64,000 nt of DNA from Octopus vulgaris (lineage: Eukaryota): contig OX597817.1 of NCBI GenBank assembly GCA_951406725.2, positions 85,188,001 to 85,252,000 on the forward strand. The letters run 5' to 3'. The notes beneath the pieces were generated by a model, which was not told where the DNA came from, did not search any database, and was given only the letters and a program-made list of their open reading frames with translations. This document shows, piece by piece, positions 60,648-64,000 of this stretch (position 1 is its first letter; every line of letters begins with the position of its first letter). Made by a program: the position numbers and the translations under genes.

Positions 60648-62310
60648 GAGAGAATGTTTTGCAGTATTTGTTCTAGCTCTCTGAGTTCAAATCCTGCCAA
60701 GGTCAGAGTTTGCATTTCACTCTTTCAGGGTCAATAAATAAAACACCAGAACAGAATGAAGGATTTGTGAAAATATAAAAAGATTAAACGTGAAGTTTTG
60801 CTGGGATTTTGTATTCTGAGTTCAAATTTTATCTCCTATCACCAATTCCATTGTTGTGAGAAGCAGGTTCTTTGAGACTCAGCTAACACCAGATAGAATG
60901 ACATGTCAACTGCAGTAATGATTTGACAGCACCATTAAAAATTAAGCCCAGTATACTCAAAAAATATTTTTCTTTTTCTTTTTCACACCTACAATTTGTG
61001 TTGAATTAATGATTTTGATAATTTATTACTTGAATTAGGTGTGAAGAAATCTGACTGATTGGATACTGTACCTTTAATTGAACTCTTGATGTGCTTAATA
61101 CAAATCTAATAGCATGAGTAACAATGGGCTGCTCACCTAACTCATTAGAAGACATAGATGAGCCACTTTAGAATAAACACCATTATCATAACCTTCCACG
61201 TTGCCATGGAGTGAATGGTTCAACAGGATCTGATGGGTTCAAGGACTGCATCATACTGCAATGTCTGCTTTGGTATGGTTTCTATGCTGGATAGCTTTCC
61301 TAATGCCTACCAATTTACAATGTGTCCTGGGTGCTTCTTTGTGGTACCAGTACTAGTAAGGACACCAAGCAGTCTACAGAACAAACATTGCTTCCAACTG
61401 AATGGGGACCAACTGTATTTATATTACTTGTATTCCATAAATAATGCAGAAAGCAGAACTAGTAATAGTGCAGTGGCTATGGTTGAAAGGTGATTGTAGA
61501 AATTCAGGAAAATAACATCACTGTTGGAAACAAAGAATCTATGTTTCAATAAAAGGTAGACTGTATGATGTACTTAAAGGATATGTGAGTGTATAGAGCA
61601 AAGAATGATGCAGAAAAACAAGAGTATTTGCTGTAATTGTATAGGAATGAATTGTACATAAAAGAAGGGTTACATTTACATAAATATTTACATGGTCAGG
61701 TGGAGGTGCAATGGCCCAGTGGTTAGGGCAGCAGACTCATGGTCAGAGGATCGCGTTTTCAATTCCCAGACCGGGCGTTGTTTATTGAGCGAAAACACCT
61801 AAAAGCTCCACGAGGCTCCGGCAAGGGGTGGTGGCGACCCCTGTTGTACTCTTTTGCCGCAACTTTCTCTCATTCTCTCTTCCTGTTTCATGTGTTCTCT
61901 TTTTAAATATTTCATTATAACCCAAAATATCAAGCTTGTTCAAATTTTATCAATTAAAATATCATTATAAAGTGAAAAAGAAAAAGAAAAATATTTTTTG
62001 AGTATACTGGGCTTAATTTTTAATGGTGCTGTCAAATCATTACTGCAGTTGACATGTCATTCTATCTGGTGTTAGCTGAGTCTCAAAGAACCTGCTTCTC
62101 ACAACAATGGAATTGGTGATAGGAGATAAAATTTGAACTCAGAATACAAAATCCCAGCAAAACTTCACATTTAATCTTTTTATATTTTCACAAATCCTTC
62201 ATTCTGTTCTGGTGTTTTATTTATTGACCCTGAAAGAGTGAAATGCAAACTCTGACCTTGGCAGGATTTGAACTCAGAGAGCTAGAACAAATACCGCAAA
62301 ACATTCTCTC
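60648..62310. repeat. Near-perfect 339-bp inverted duplication (arms 60648-60986 and 61972-62310)
   Basis: The arms are reverse complements with two mismatches found by eye; the 985-bp spacer holds a decayed RTE tail and a SINE. Confidence 0.9.
61702..61885 (+). mobile_element. SINE family A, 3'-truncated
   Basis: GGAGGTGCAATGGCCCAGTGGTTAGGGCAGC...TTGAGCGAAAACACCTAAAAGCTCCACGAGGCTCCGG. Confidence 0.8.
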
Positions 62311-62786
62311 AACTACTCTAACAGCTATACCAATTTTTCATTGCCTTACTTAAAAAATATGATTTATTTTTACATGTAAGATATATCCTTATATTTCTGC
62401 TGAACAATAATTTGTAAGTAGAGTTCAATAAAAGATGACCAATTCAAACTCAGATCAATGATAGATATTTCTCTTTATTCACATTTTTTGTTACTGAAAT
62501 GCTATAACAAAAGATCTTTCAAAATCAATAATTGAAGCTTTAGAAATTTATCTTGAGGTTATTAATCAGTATGTAACATGTATGAATTTGTTCTGTTTTA
62601 TATGCAGAAGGCATGCATAAAAAAATCTATGCAATCCATATTTAATATTATATAATACCACATAAAATAATATTCTCTGTATTGCCTCCTTTTTTACTGT
62701 TAAGAATTCAGATGAATACTGCTGAAATCATAGAAAATTTCTCCATTTTCCCCCTGATTCTCATCTCCTTTTTACATTTAAATGCA

Positions 62787-62822
<36 letters not shown>

Positions 62823-63163
62823 CACACACATGCATACATGTATGTATATACACAAAAATGCACACATATAGACATACATATATTCATGCATTAATCCATT
62901 CAAATTGAAAGCTTTGTTCAACTATTAGATTACATATGTTCCATTTCTGCTCTAATTTTGCCACAATGGCTTTTGTTGTCAGTGTTCAAATTAAACCTTT
63001 CCTAATCCTAACATCTGTGTTAATATGCTCAAAAAATTATATTATATGCAAAAAATCTTGTCATTGTTCCCATGCATAGGTCCACGCTCATACACATTGA
63101 TCACTTACATCATATTGTCTAAATATTTTTACTCTATTTCATAACTTAGTATTCTCTTATTGC

Positions 63164-63488
63164 GACTGGCCTAGAGCCGGTGGCACGTAAAAAGCACCAT
63201 CCGTTCGTGGCCGTTGCCAGCCCTGCCTGGCCCCCATGCTGGTGGCACATAAAAAGCACCATCCGATCGTGGCCGTTTGCCAGACTCGTCTGGCACCTGT
63301 GCTGGTGGCACGTAAAAAGCACCCACTATACTCATGGAGTGGTTGGCATTAGGAAGGGCATCCAGCTGTAGAAATGTTGCCAGATCAGACTGGGCCTGGT
63401 GTAGCCTTCTGGCCTCCCAGACCCCAGTTGAACCGTCCAACCCATGCTAGCATGGAAAGCGGACGCTAAACGATGATGATAATGATGA
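63164..63488 (+). mobile_element. RTE-type 3' tail with three GGTGGCAC.TAAAAAGCACC modules
   Basis: Matches the reverse complement of 25890-26230; ends GCGGACGCTAAACGATGATGAT. Confidence 0.8.
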
Positions 63489-64000
63489 TACTTCACTCAA
63501 CATTTTACTTGATAAGGTAGTGTTCTGTGAAAGTTGCATCATAATTTTCAGAAAACTATAAAACCAACTACCGAAATTACTGTTTAATTGTCTTTTTTGT
63601 GCTAGTATAGATGTAACTTCTAACATCACATTTGCATATAAGTGTTCAGTAAAAGACTTACATTAAAAATAAATTATGTTGGTTTTTTGTTTGTTTTGTT
63701 TTATGAATAAAAGGCTTTAAAATTCAGTTTCTTTAAAGCCACCCCAACCATTATTTAATGCGCATTTTGTTCTAAAATTATAATTTTTCTGTTTTTATTT
63801 ATGCTCATATTTCTAAGATCTAATCAAATTATATTCCAGTTTCAAACGTTTTCAAAAGATTGCAGTCCTTATGAAAATTTATTTGTGTTTTCTAGTTTCT
63901 AGTAATACTCCTTGATTCTTCTTTTGATAAAGGTTCTACTCCATAGTTAAAAGGTATATTTCTACAGCTTTATTCCTCTTTGAAATTTCAAACTACACCA

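Overview
AT-rich, repeat-dominated eukaryotic DNA with no host protein-coding exon I can support. The SINE/LINE families and very long (AT)n tracts suggest a cephalopod (Octopus-like) genome; this is inference. Main contents: (1) a young 5'-truncated CR1-group LINE (38735-42301) with an intact APE-RT ORF2 and a CCCH-finger ORF1 remnant; (2) a ~7 kb array of 26 near-identical 268-bp units (49565-56519) joined through a linker to an RTE-type 3' tail; (3) a second array built from RTE 3'-UTR sequence (25853-28128); (4) a Helitron nest with a PIF1-helicase fragment and a head-to-head palindrome (31279-34145); (5) a piggyBac deletion derivative and a related MITE; (6) relics of mariner, Tigger, CRE, R4/Dong, RTE, Penelope and Jockey/CR1-like elements; (7) several tRNA-derived SINE families; (8) kb-scale (AT)n microsatellites; (9) a near-perfect 339-bp inverted duplication (60648-62310). 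Almost all long ORFs in the supplied track are microsatellite artefacts. The most intriguing pattern is that two different tandem arrays each sit directly 5' of the same RTE tail and abut TA repeats, hinting at retrotransposon-carried or retrotransposon-generated satellites. All family assignments come from motif recognition by eye, not database searches.
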